NCBI GenBank assembly: GCA_026770705.1
Contig: JANJGN010000024.1
Span: forward strand, 6,262,001-6,326,000
Length of the DNA stretch: 64,000 bases
Reading direction: 5' to 3'
Origin: Isurus oxyrinchus
Taxonomy: Eukaryota
The translations under genes and the position numbers were made by a program. Below, one piece after another: positions 1 through 12,049 of the stretch; the stretch's first letter is position 1; the number at the start of each line of letters is the position of its first letter. Below the pieces are notes generated by a model. The model saw nothing but the letters and a program-made list of their open reading frames with translations, did no database searches and was not told the origin of the DNA.

Positions 1-1858
1 ATGAGAAGCAAAGAGGGTTTATGAAAAATGACTGGCAGCTAACATAAAATAAAATTCCGAAGTATTTTATAAGCACATCAATAGTAAAAGGGAGGTAAAA
101 GGAGGAGTAGCGTCAATTAGGGACCGAAAAGGGGATTTACACAAAGAGGCAAAAGGCATGGCTAAGGTGTTAAATGAATGCTTTGCATCTGTCTTTACCT
201 ATGAGGTAAATTCTGCCCAGGCCATGGTGACAGAGGAGGAAACTCAGTCACTAGCAGAGTTTAAAATTGTCAAGGAGGAGGTATTGGGTAATCTGTCAGT
301 ACTTAAAGTTGATAAGGCACCAGGACCAGATGAGATGCATCCAAGAATATTGAAGGAAGTGAGAGTGGAAATTGCAGAGGCACTGGCAATAATTTTTCAA
401 TGTTCCCTGGGTTCGGGGGAGGTGCCCGAGGACTGGAGAATTGCAAACATTACACCCTTGTTCAAAAATGGTTGTAAAGATCTGACCTGCAATTATAGAT
501 CAGTCAGTTTAACTTTGGTGGTGGGGAAACTTCTAGAAACAATAATTCGGGATAGAATTAATAGTCACAGGGAAAAATGTGGATTGATTCGGAAGAGTCA
601 ACACGGATTTGTTAAGGGAAAATCGTGTCTAGCTAACTTGCTGGAGATTTTTGAAGAGTTAACAGAGATGGTTGATGAGGGCAAGGTCATTGATGTGGTG
701 TATATGGACTTCCAAAAGGTGTTCGATACAGTGCCACACAACAGACTTGTGAGGAAAGGTTTAGGTCATGGAATAAAAGGGACAGGAGCAATGTAGAGAC
801 AAAATTGGCTGAGGGATAGGAAACAGAGAGTTAATGAGTATTTTTCAGGCTGGAATAAGGTTTGTGATGGAGTTTCCCAGGGGTTGGTATTGGGACCCTT
901 GCTTTTCCTGATATATATAAATGATCTAGATCTTGGTGTGCAGAGGACAATTTAAAAGTTTGCGGATGACACAAAACTTTAGAGAATTGTAAACTGTGAG
1001 GAAGACAGTGTAGAACTTCAAAAGGACATTGACACATTGGTGGAGTGGGCATAGATGACAGATGAAGTTCAATGTGGAGAAGTGTGAGGTGATACACTTT
1101 GGTACAAACAACATGGAGAGACATCATAAAATAATGGAGAGTATTCTAAAGGGTGTGCAGGAGCAGAGAGACCTGGGTGTATATGTACATAAATCAATAA
1201 ATGTGGCAGGACAGGTAGAGAGAGTTATTTCTAAAGCAAACTGTATTCTAGGCTTCATTAATAGGGGCATTGAGTACAAGAGGAGGGAGGTTTTGATGAA
1301 CTTATATAAGACACTGGTTAGACCTCAGCTGGAGTATTGTGCACAGCTCTGGGTGCCACACCATAGGAAGGATGTGAACACATTGGAGAGAGTGCAGAAG
1401 AGGTTTATGAAAATGGTTCCAGGAATGAGACACTCCAGTTATGAGGAAATATTGGAGAAGTTGGGACTGTTTTCCTTGGAGAGGAGAAGGCTAAGAGGAA
1501 ACTTGATAGAAGTTTTCAAAATCATGAGGGGTCTGGACAGAGTAGATAGGGAGAAACTGTTCCCACTCATAAATGGATCAGGAAACAGAGGGCACAGTTT
1601 TAAAGTGTTTTGCAAAAGAAGCAAATACGAGGTGAGAAAATACTTTTTCACACAGCAAGAAGTTAGGGTTTGGAATACATTGCCTGGAAGTGTGGTGGAG
1701 ACAGGTTCAAGTGAAGCATTCAAGGGGGCACTGGATGATTATCTAAATAGAAACAATGTGCAGGGTTATGGAGAAAAGGCAGGAGATTGACACTAAGTTA
1801 AAATGCTCAGAGAGCCAGTGCAGACACGATGGGCTGAATGTCGTCCTTCTCCGTTTCT
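1..1858 (+). mobile_element. CR1-clade LINE, 3' part of ORF2 (RT) plus 3' UTR, frameshifted
   Basis: ORF 158-796 has KAPGPD, WRIANITPLFK, QHGFVKGKSC and DVVYMDFQKVFD. FADD-like AAGTTTGCGGATGAC near 960. ORF 1062-1790 has YKTLVRPQLEYC and RRLRGNLIEVFK, followed by a CR1-type tail GATGGGCTGAATG. Confidence 0.95.
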
Positions 1859-1861
1859 GTG

Positions 1862-2176
1862 ATGTATAAATTCCCCTTTAGGTCCCTAATTGGCCCTACT
1901 CCTCTTTTCATCACCCTTTTATTATTTAGATGCCTATAGAAGACTTTGTGATTCCCCCTTATGTTGGCTGCCAGTCTTTTCTCACAATGCCCCTTCGCTT
2001 CTCTAATATGCTTTTTCACCTGCCCTTTTAACCTTCCGTATTCCTCTTAGTCCTCAATTGTATTTTCCACCTGACACCTGTCATAAGCACACGTTTTCTT
2101 CTTTATCTGATTCCCATCTCCTTTTTCATCCAGGGAGCTCTGGATTTGTTTGCCCTGACATTCCCTTTTCCCTGGA
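1862..2176 (-). mobile_element. CR1 ORF2 linker fragment, inverted
   Basis: ORF 1807-2019 (IREAKGHCEKRLAANIRGNHKVFYRHLNNKRVMKRGVGPIRDLKG) is homologous to window bases 1-140. Confidence 0.85.
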
Positions 2177-2380
2177 ATAAAAATCAAAACTGCTGGAAAT
2201 ACTCAGCAGGCCTGTCAGCATCTGTAGAGCGAGTAACAGAATGAATGTTTTGAGTCGATATAATTCTTCGTCAGAACTGAAAGAAGGTAGGAATGTGCTA
2301 GGTTTTATGCTGTTAAAAGTTGGGGAGGGAGAAGGAGGAACAAAACGGAAGGTCTGGGATAGGGTAGAGCAGGAGGCAAA
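2177..2380 (-). mobile_element. Penelope-like element terminal (pLTR) fragment with degenerate hammerhead motif
   Basis: TGCTGGAAATACTCAGCAGG..AGCATCTG is shared with the copies at 14665, 15647, 30679 and 38777. Minus strand reads AGTT-CTGACGA-A-GAATT..GACTC-AAAAC at about 2241-2278. Confidence 0.65.
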
Positions 2381-2381
2381 T

Positions 2382-3070
2382 GGTCAGAATCTTCTGTTCG
2401 GTGAGCTGGGACAGGGCCGGTGCATAAACTGGCGCGAGATGACATCGGGCGTGTGTCCCGATGTCACCCTGCATCATTTAGATTTTCAGGTCGGCGCGCG
2501 CGGAGCTGACTCAGTTGTGTGCCCACCAACCTGTCAATGGCCTATTAAGGCCATTAAAAGACTAATTGAAATCACTAATGGACCTGCCCGTCCGACCTCA
2601 AGGTTGGCGGGTAGACCGGGAACCTTGGGGGGCTTCTGAAAAAGCCTGAAACCTCATCCACCGGTGGGGTGAGGGTTCATGAGTCATTTAAAAATCTCAG
2701 AACATTTCAAAATAAAAGTCGTGGATATGTCCCAACTCATGTGACACTGTCACATGAGGGGACATGGCAGCGAATTTTTTTCTCACCTTTATTTGGAGTT
2801 CCAAATCTGAGCCGATCTCCCTGAGGCAGCACTTTGCCTCATGGAGACCTGTGTACTTTGACGCGTGCACGTGGGAAAGAGCACACTCCTCGCTCAGGGG
2901 ATTCTCCCACCGCCCGAACAGCCAGTGCACACCGCTTCCTGGTGGACGTCATGTTGGGCGGGCTTTATTTGGCCCGCCCACGTAAAATGGTGGCATGCCC
3001 CCAATCGGGAAGCCGCCCGCTCGCGCCCACTCTCGCACATCCCCCCCTGAAGGGGGGGTAAATGTTGCCC
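2382..3070. mobile_element. Harbinger-type MITE (family A)
   Basis: Termini GGTCAGAATCTT...AATGTTGCCC. The internal sequence and three hairpins are shared with the copies at 3739, 17248, 57485 and 63591. Confidence 0.8.
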
Positions 3071-3738
3071 TAAATGACAAAATGAAAATTTTGGCCGGGA
3101 AGTCTAAATTCTCAGGCTCTAATTCTAAAGTAGCCTGTTCATTTCTAATTCAGCATCAAGGTGAATCCAGTCCACATGGATTCTACATTTTAATATGCTT
3201 GCTTGGACAGCCTTTTGAATTCCACTCTTGCAAGCTACACCACTGCATGCAATGCAAATCCGCTAATGGTTACATTGAAGACGTAAAGCTTCTGCCCAAA
3301 TTCCGGAATAATGAACAGATCTAGCCAAAAGCAAAAAATATGAAAGACAAGATTCAGACTGGTACATGGCAAAAATCAAAATCAAAATGTGGGGCAGGGT
3401 TTTGGAATGAACCTGCTGAACTCATTGTCCAGAAGGTTGCAAAGTGCCTAATCGGAAGGTGGGGTAGTTCCTCGAGTTTGGCTTCACTGGAACACTGCAG
3501 CACTGCGGAAACACAATGTGAGCATGTTTGGGGAACAATTCCACTCAGTCCGCAAGCATGGCCATGAGCTTCTGGTCGCTTGACAGTTTAAATCACCACC
3601 TTGCTCTCGAGGACACATTTCTGGAGGGTTTAAATATCTAACAGCATCAGTACGAAACTCAATGAAGTTAAAGATAAGGTGCTGTCAACTCCGTGGCGAT
3701 AAAGCGAAAGTGGCTACAAAAGATCTTCACCCCCTCAT

Positions 3739-4428
3739 TGGGCAGAATTTTGCCCTTGATGGGCGGGCGGGCCCGACTGACTCGGTGGTGGGTGGGCAGC
3801 CAGTCGCCGCCGCCGAAACGGGCCCCACCGCCATTTTAAGTGGACGGGCCAATGAAGGCCCACCCAGCATGTTATCTGACAGGAAGTGCTATGCGCTTCC
3901 TGTGCGGGTGTGTGTGTGGGGTGTGGGGTGGGGTGGGGGGGTGGGGTTTCCCCAACTGCCAGAGTGCGGACATCTCCCTGAGGCAAAGTGCTGTCTATTA
4001 AAAAACTCTGTGAAACTCTAAAAATAGAAAAATTAAAAAATCATAAGCCTGCCCCCCTCGTGTGCAAATGTCACACGTGATGGGACATGTTAATGAAGAA
4101 CACAAACACTTCATTAAAAGATTTTAAATCCGATATCAAACCTCATCCCGCCACTGGGTGAGGTTTGTAAAAAATCCGCTTACCCGTCTGCTCGTTGGGC
4201 CCATGCGCTGACCCGAAGTTCACACGGGCCCCTCAAAATCCTGGTCGATTGGAGAGTTAAGGGCCTTAACAGGGCCTTTAATTAGTGGCGGGCGCGCGTC
4301 CCACTGCATAGCGCGCCCGCCGACTGAAATATCGCGGCGCCGCCCGCTGATGTCAGGACGCTCGCACGGCATTTTAAGTGCTGGCGTGAGGACTGAACCA
4401 CCCATATTCCAGCCAGAAGATTGTGCCC
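3739..4428. mobile_element. Harbinger-type MITE (family A-related, opposite orientation to the 2382 copy)
   Basis: TIRs GGGCAGAATTTT...AAGATTGTGCCC. CTCCCTGAGGCA and AAACCTCATCCCGCC motifs are shared with family A. Confidence 0.8.
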
Positions 4429-4757
4429 CACATTCTTTTTCAGAAGTCCTTATGGAAAGCTACCCTTCGCACAGCCCACTTTAGTCTGCTTATCATTCCT
4501 TGTTCCATCCATAGATCTGCTAGGACCTTCTGCACCCACTCAAACAACAGAAACAGCAACCCACCCAAGCCGATATCTGTGGCTGCATTGGGCAATAAGT
4601 CCAGAATTCTCTGCCACTTGCGCGCACATCATAAAATTGAGTTTTTTGCTCAGCTAGTCACAGCAAGGAGGAGAAGTGGGGATCCGAATCATCCACAGGG
4701 AACCATATGCAGCAGCCTGAAGCAGGAAAAAAAAAATGATTAGTTAATGGCTTCTGC

Positions 4758-4899
4758 AACTCCTAAATAGCCAAGTAGTTATGGTACTGGGTTTGTAACC
4801 CCCAAGATCGAGAGTTCAAATCTCACAATGGCAAACTATGAAACAATGTAACTTCATCTGAAAGAGATGGAAACGGGTTTGTACTCGAAAGAGTTACAA
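4758..4899 (+). mobile_element. Short tRNA-derived SINE-like element
   Basis: A-box-like TAGCCAAGTAGTT, an anticodon-arm-like segment with GTA, and B-box GAGTTCAAATC. No proper acceptor stem. Confidence 0.55.
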
Positions 4900-5199
4900 A
4901 GAACATTGCGAAGCTGCAGGAGATCGAATGCAAGTATTTCGGCACAATGTAAGGTGTGCCGCGTAAACTTTATTAGCGAGCTTCCAAACTGCTGTGTAGG
5001 ATGGTACATCTAAATTGAACGGAGTGGTGTAGCTTGCAAGAGTCGAATTCAAAAGGCTGTCCAAGCAAGCATATTAAAGTGAAGAATTCATATACACCGG
5101 ATTCACCTTGATTGCCGAATTAGAAATGAACAGGGCACTTTAGAATTAGTGAATGAGAATTTTAACTTCCTGGCCAACCATTTCATTCAAGCTAACATC

Positions 5200-5510
5200 T
5201 TTCAGATGGTTTGTTAAAGCGAAGCCCCGTAGTGTGGAGGTAAAAGATCCTATGGCACAGTTTGAAGAAGAGCAGGGGAACTCTCCCTGGTGACCTGGCT
5301 AATATTTATCCCACAAAAAACACAGATTATCTGGTTATGATCACATTGCAGTTTGTGGGATCTTGCTGTGCCCAGACTGACTGATTTGTTTCTTACATTA
5401 CAACAGAAACTACAGCAATTACATTTCAAGGGTACATCATTGATTTTAAAGCGCTTTGGGGCACCCTAAGGTTTTGAAAGGCCGTATATAAATGCAATTC
5501 TTTATTTTCT
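5200..5510 (+). mobile_element. Deu-domain SINE (SacSINE1/AmnSINE1-related), degenerate
   Basis: Deu-like core TAAAAGATCCTATGGCAC..GAAGAGCAGGGG..CCTGGTGACCTGGC and tail TAAAGCGCTTTGGG..GAAAGGCCGTATATAAATGCA. Confidence 0.7.
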
Positions 5511-6834
5511 GTTGCAAATTAAACATCTGGCTAGAGGGAATTACATTACTTTTTAAAGTTTTGAATGTGGATCAGATAGCAGAGGACAGGTCAACTGACT
5601 CTGTTCAGGTTCCTTTTATAATGAAAGCAAATGCGAACTACTGGGAGGAAGATCAGAAAACTGTGATCAGCTAAATTTCTGTGTTCAGCTAAATAATTTA
5701 CAGTTCCAATGCAGAAATTATTTTTGAATGTTAAAAATTATTGCACACAATATTTGCCTTGTGTATTCTGAATTAAATATAATATTCCTTCTGGTAATCC
5801 CCATGATTTCAATTTTTGGTAGGGATGCTGATTATGAGTTGTTCTCAATATGCTATCAGGATTATTTAATGGGTTTTAAAGTCTTGCTTTAATAATATAT
5901 CTTATTAATATTTGTACAGATCAACATAAAGGTTTGTAATAACACCTGTATGTATTATTGTGGTCCATTATACAGTCATTGATTTTCAGTACATTTATCC
6001 AGGAGTATTGTACACATGGATGCCAGAACCAACTTTTATGAACTCCTAATTTCAATTTGGATTAAATCCACCCCATTATTTAATACCGGAGCTTTGAATT
6101 AGGATGAGCATTTTAGTCTTTCTGTGCATTATGGAATTAAGAATATGGAGCTAATTATCTGCTAATGGTTTCAACAGCAAATGTTACCATTAGACCATTA
6201 GATATTAATGGGGGGACAAGAAATGTGCACTGAGCATAATTACAGAACTGGAGTATTTCCTGTGTTTTTTAATGTTTTACCACTGTTATTAAATTCACCT
6301 AAACATTAAAACTAATATTAAAATCACATCCAGCTTCAGAAGTACTGTATTTATTTATTTAATCACATTAGTAACAGAACCAGATAATCAAATGCTATTT
6401 CCTCCAGGGAAGCATTCCACTGACAGATTATAGTTTGAATTAATGTTGTGATATATTATTTCCTAGTTCTGTATTAAAAATGTAATAAATAATGAGCTCA
6501 GATTAGATGGTTTTGAGGAATTCATATTTCCAACCATTTACAGATTCACCCTCCTGCTGATACCAGGGTTAAAGATCATGCATATTGACATATGCTATGC
6601 ACATTGCATATTCCTGTTGAAATTAGCCTGAGTATCTCTATAGAATGTAATTTAATGTGGCTAAGTTCATTTAAATGTCTGGATTTTCTCATAACATTTT
6701 AAATGTTCATATTAATATTATAAGTTTATTAGAGTGAATAACTCTGTTTTAACATTCATTACTATTAAATCTTCAAAGACTTCTGAATAGTTATAAAACA
6801 ATAGTCGATTCAGCTGGTTAATATACGACTTATT

Positions 6835-7385
6835 AGAAAAAAGGAGCGGGAGTAGGCCATTCAGCCCCTTGAGCCTCCTTCACCATTCAACTTGATCAAG
6901 GCTGATCTTCTCCCTCAACATCATTTTCCCACACTATCCCCAAATCCCTTGATATATTTAATAAATATAAATCTAGTGATCTCAGTGTTAAACATTCTCA
7001 ATGACTGAGCATCCACAGTCCTCTGGGGTAGAGAATTTACCACCCTCTGAGTGAAGAAATCCCTCCTTATTTTGGTTCTGAATGGCCTACCTCTTATTCT
7101 CAGACTGTGTCCCTTAGTTCTAAACCCCCCCAGCCAGGGGGAACATACTTCCTGCATCTACGCTGTTGAGCCCTGTAAGGATTTTGTATTCCTCAATGAG
7201 GTCACCTCTTATTCTTCTAAACTCTAGAGAGGCCCCATCTCCTCAATCTTTCCTCATTGGACAATCCCACCATCCCAAGAATCAGCCTGGTGAACCTTTG
7301 TTGCACTCCCTTTATGGCAAGTTTATCCTTCCTTAAGGGAAGGAGACCAAAACTGTACACAATAGTCCAAGTACAGTTCACAATA
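6835..7385 (-). mobile_element. CR1 LINE 3' fragment
   Basis: ORFs 7217-7459 and 6921-7157 (VQQRFTRLI, RTKGHSLRIRGRPFRT, FFTQRVVN). Tail GAATGGCCTACTCC. Confidence 0.9.
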
Positions 7386-7553
7386 CTTTGCGAGTGGTAA
7401 TATCCCTGATATCCTGCACAGAATTGCAATGCACCAAACCAATTATGGTTCACTTCCATTGGACAAAGTTCCTGAACTCAGCACAATAATAAATAGCCAT
7501 TTATTATTGTTCAATGCCCTAAAGGAGCCTCATCCTCAGCCCAATTTCAGGCA

Positions 7554-8713
7554 CGTTATGGAGCTTCTGATCAAAGCAAAGTCCCGGTACACACGTCAGG
7601 ACATTCACAAATGTCAAACATTGAAGGATTGAATTGCAAAAGGTTCTTTTTAATTAATTAAATTAATCTGGAGGCCCTATTTTATTTTACATTAGTTTAC
7701 CTGGCACTTTTCTTTGATTTTTTTTCCAATGAGGGATCTGCAGGATATAACAGCCTAGAGAGTAAGCTGTTCCCATCTACCATGAAATCCATTGGTGCTA
7801 AATTAGCTATCTGTGGACATTGTAAAATTTAAGGTATAGGATGTCCCAATGCTTGATACATTGGTACATGCCTAGCAACAAGGGTGGGACCCTCCGGGAG
7901 TGTTTTGATAGGTCACCAGAGTGCTTCAAGGGTGAGTGAACCACCGTTCTTGAGGCAGTCAGTTGAATGAGAGTCAGCCAGAAATGTCTCAGGCATGACC
8001 CAGCAGAAGACGTGGTAATTGAAGTAGCCTCAACGGAAGCCCAGGTAATTGAAAGAGACTCAGAAGAAGCCCTGCAAGTCACATTTAGCTGGATACAGCC
8101 GGGAGACACAAGCTCGGAGAAACTCGGGGGGCAGTGCCATCTCAGTGAAGCTAGCTGCCTAGCAAAAAGCTGAAACTATGCCAGTAAGTAGAGGCTGAAG
8201 TTCAGACATGGGAATCCAGGGACAAGGAATCTCGGAAGGCAGGATTGAAACACTGTGAGGTGATCCATTGTTAAAGACGTCCAAGCAGGAGCGACTTTTG
8301 GAGAAAATTCCAAGGATAGATCTTCAAAAGTGAAGCTGGGAATTCCTTGTGAAACAGAATTTCAATGAGATTGTTCAACTTGGTGTTTATGAAGAATCCA
8401 TGGAATCTGTCTTGGTTGCATCTGTCATTTACTCTGTAGTGTGGTGTGTTCAACCACCATTTACCTGTTAATTCACATATACTTCATACTTACCCTCAAT
8501 GTTAGAGTAGAAGATACATATTGTAAATTATTTTAGCTTTCTGAATATGAATAATAAAATTTGATTTTGCTTGTTTAAAACCCGTGGTATCTTGTGGTTT
8601 TATTCCAAAAGCAGGTGTCTTGAATTTCAACCTTTATCTACTTTAAATAAATCATTGTTGATCCCTAACCGGATCTCACCTCATGTTCTGGGGTTTGGCC
8701 AAGGATCATAACA
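7554..8713 (+). mobile_element. Probable solo LTR (Gypsy-type)
   Basis: Inverted termini (C)GTTATG...CATAACA, an AATAAA in the 3' half, and a 3' end GGATCATAACA resembling the LTR end at 22039. No clear TSD and the left boundary is uncertain. Confidence 0.45.
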
Positions 8714-9199
8714 CATCCAACTTTCCAAGGTTATTTTATTATCTTAAATTCAGAGGCACAGATAAACGGAGTGAAAAAGGCAACATGTAAAGGGAAATGG
8801 CAGACGGGGGTGTTTCTGAGAAAACACCCAACATTACAGTGGGTAAAGCATTCAAAACCTTTAAAGATACCATTAGTCCGAGTATATTCATTCAGGAATA
8901 GCAGCCTCCGACTGAACTAATCTTCAGAGGAATGATGCTTCTCTTTGCAGATATCGGTGAGGGTAGAATATCACTCAGGTGTCCTGACCTGCATTGCATT
9001 CGTCAGTTGGTCCTTATCTTCTTCCAAATGTATTAGATATGGAAGTCTCACTGGGAAACCCATTGATAGAAATAATAGAGAAAGTGACACAAATTGGTGA
9101 GATCCTAAGTGCCAGCAGGAAAAGAGATTGAAGAAAATTATCAAGAAATGGTGAAATATACTTCTACTTATATATACATTTTTGCATGGCATGATGCTG

Positions 9200-9820
9200 G
9201 AATTGTGAGCTGATCATGTAGCAGCGATGGAAACAGGGCAACTGGAACCTGAGTGAACAGGGCAAGCAACAATCAGTTCAGTTTTCACTCTATGCAAGTG
9301 GATGGGCTTTGAACAGGTTAAAATATTGCTCCCTGTCTCCCCTTAAACAAATCAGATTGAAAGATTATGGATTAAGTAGCAGAGGGACTGCGAAGGGAGA
9401 TCATATCGGAGTGGGTGAATTCAATGCCAACTTAGCTACAGAAAGAGAAATAAAGAGAGAGAAAATAAATGGGATGAAAAGGGAGAAAGGAAAAAGAAAC
9501 AGAAAGGAAAAGATTAAAAAAACATTTAAAATGTGACATTTTTAAAATCTCCAACAACAATTAAAACCTGAGGGATGCTTGTAATAGTTAATTTTCAGTG
9601 CCAGAGAGCTTAATTTTAAGTAATTAATATTTACCATATCGTTAAAAGTATAATTAGCCTTGAAATGAGGAGACTTAATTTTCTGTGGTGAATTTAATTT
9701 GTATCTTCCACACAAATACAACAACTTCACACCATTCAATGCATTTCAAAGTAAGGTAGGCAGCCTTTTTGTAAGCTAAGGATGGAGCTTCGCAATTCGA
9801 ACAGCAACTCCTGGATTTCT
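9200..9820. repeat. Old unclassified interspersed repeat, related copy at about 40065-40745
   Basis: Shared blocks GGGTGAATT..CAGAAAGAGAAATAA, AAATCTC, and CAGCAA..GATTT. Confidence 0.45.
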
Positions 9821-10550
9821 GGGCTGATGTTTATGGCCCCGCAATGGACGTGTTTTCAAGGGGTCATTAGCCCATCACCTTCTTGGCCATCCTGAGTTGT
9901 CCCCAAAATACATTGGGGGAGGGTGTGGTTGGGCAGCGGCTGAAATCAGCAGCCCATCTGCCTTACAAGCCAATTGATCCCAGTAATATGTTGCCCACGC
10001 ATAACACGGTGGTGTGGGCAAACAGGCTGGAATGGGCTGCCCGTTCTTTCAAAAAAGGTTTCAAAAGGATGGGAAGGAAGGGGGAACATTGGGGGCACCC
10101 CTTCCCCACCTGAAAATTGTACCCCCCTTTCTTACTCTGTATGTGCACTGCAAAAGCCACACCACACCACCACCCACCCCCATCCCCTCCCTGAGATGCT
10201 CAATTCCTCCCTGCCCAATATCACTGACTTAGCTCGGTCTCGGACCCATTGGAGCCATCTTCCTGGGCTTGCTTGCCATCCCGGCACAGCACCCGAGTGC
10301 GGAGCGTCTTGCCAGTGAGCTATGGAAGTCCTACAGTCCTCTTGTTGCTGCCGTCCAAAGCGTGTTATTGATGCAGGGCGAATTCTTTTTTTTAATCGTC
10401 GGCCGGTTTCCAACTGACTTTATCATGGCGGGGGTGGGGTTGCTGACCAGTATCCCCCACCACCCCCTGCCCACCCCACCATCCTGGTCAGATTTGAGAA
10501 CAGCAGCAGAAGTGGACTTGACAACAAACTGCCCCTTGACCCTGAAATCT
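9821..10550. mobile_element. GC-rich non-autonomous DNA transposon, Harbinger-like
   Basis: Starts GGGCTGATGTTTATGG. GC-rich island of similar organisation to 16100-16883. The right TIR is degenerate. Confidence 0.4.
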
Positions 10551-10911
10551 GACATTTGTTATAATACGGCCCATACTCTGGTACGTCCATCAGGCTTCCT
10601 GTGATGTCTGTTGACTTGAGGATGACCATGAGCTACAGGATGAGGAAGGTTTCTCTGGGATTAAGGAGACTAGGTCTTGGGGAACAGACACTTTTTGGGA
10701 GTTGGGGAGCATCGCCAGATACTGGAACAAGTGCTTTTTGGGTAAGGTAGAAGTAATTGAATAAAGGATGTTAAGCATATCTTGGAGTTCTACCAGACTG
10801 GGGAGAGGACAAACAGATGCCAGAATGCAAACACTTCAGCAAAAAGCATCATGAATTACTAGATTTCCCAAGTTCAATTTCATAGTTTATCATATTAGGA
10901 TTCAAACTCAC

Positions 10912-10985
10912 AATCTCTGTACTGTATTTTGAGTGCTACAACGTAGTTTACAAATCTGATGGAAATTTATGTCTTTAAATATTTC
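10912..10985 (-). other. Candidate host exon (74 nt)
   Basis: Acceptor TTTTGGTTCTACCAG| and donor |GTGAGT in non-repetitive DNA. Only phase 0 is open: EIFKDINFHQICKLRCSTQNTVQR. Confidence 0.45.
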
Positions 10986-11936
10986 CTGGTAGAACCAAAA
11001 TATAGATTTTAGCACATCACAGGATTGATGAGTTGTTATGGTTGCTATTGGTACAGAAGATTTTTTTTGGATTAATATGTTAAATCTATACATCAGGCAT
11101 TTCACCACTGAGCAGTCAGCACAGATAATCATCCACACAGATAAACACACATAACTCTCAACTGCTTGTTGTGCTTTATGCATTTGCTCTTTACATGAAA
11201 ACCATTTGTCTTTATTCTGGATGTTAATGTTGCTAATAACTACAAAATAATGGAATTTCCGAATGTTAAGCAGATGTAGAAAAGGCATTTTGAACATTAA
11301 GCATAGCTGTTAGTAATACTGAGCAAATAATGTTTTGAGTCATAAGATGATTATTCCTACATAATTTGAATTCAATTTTGGTTACAAATTAAGAATCACA
11401 CAAAATTCTGCAAGTAGCAACTTCAATTATGCAATTATTGATTGCCTTAGAAGTCAATTTGGAAAAGTCAATGTATTGGGATTGTCAAGGCAAGGAGTTA
11501 GGAGATTGTCCTTTTCACCTTTCACCTTTGGGAGCTGGCTTCAAATCCAATTCAGGCACATGATAGGAATGTATCCCCCATCAGTCAGCCAGCCAGTGAG
11601 AATCCATGGTAAAATGCTTCTGTTTTTAGCAGGTCTATCATACAAAATTTAAGTTAGGGCACTAAGTAGGTAGTCTCACTATTCTTAAAGATAATTTTTT
11701 AGCATTACTTTAGTAAAGATGAGAGATTGCATAAATGAGGGGGATAATTTCACTGTCATCCATCTAGCTGGAAATTCTCGGAATTTGATCAAACGCCCAT
11801 TTTTCACTCTACCTGATTTTACTTTGAAGTTAATAGACAGTGGATTTCAATGGGAAGTAAAACCGGAAATAATCCAATTCTGTCAGTTTCTCATGCACAA
11901 ATGAGGCTAAAATTACCCGAGAGGACTGAAACTTAC

Positions 11937-11987
11937 CTGTCTAAGATGATCAGTCGATGCTTTCCGGTTTGGAGGGAAGTTGCGAAA
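11937..11987 (-). other. Candidate host exon (51 nt)
   Basis: Acceptor TTTATTTGGTTTAG| and consensus donor CAG|GTAAGT. Open in two frames (FRNFPPNRKASTDHLRQ or FATSLQTGKHRLIILD). Confidence 0.5.
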
Positions 11988-12049
11988 CTAAACCAAATAA
12001 ATTTATGATATCGGCAAGTATTCATTATCAGGAGGCACGTGTTATAAAC

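Larger units (their letters stand above)
3093..5175. mobile_element. Long-TIR non-autonomous DNA transposon hosting nested insertions
   Basis: 3093-3245 and 5024-5175 are inverted copies (GGCCGGGAAGTCTAAATTCTC / GAGAATTTTAACTTCCTGGCC; TGCTTGCTTGGACAGCCTTTTGAATTC / GAATTCAAAAGGCTGTCCAAGCAAGCA). Confidence 0.75.

Noticed and set aside
4758-4830. tRNA-Tyr gene
   Set aside because: The acceptor stem does not pair and there is no terminator. It fits a SINE head better.
4847-4898. Hammerhead-like motif TGTAACTTC-AT-CTGAAAGAG..CTCGAAAGAGTTACA
   Set aside because: There is no room for helix I and the core has an extra base. Only a short stem is supported.
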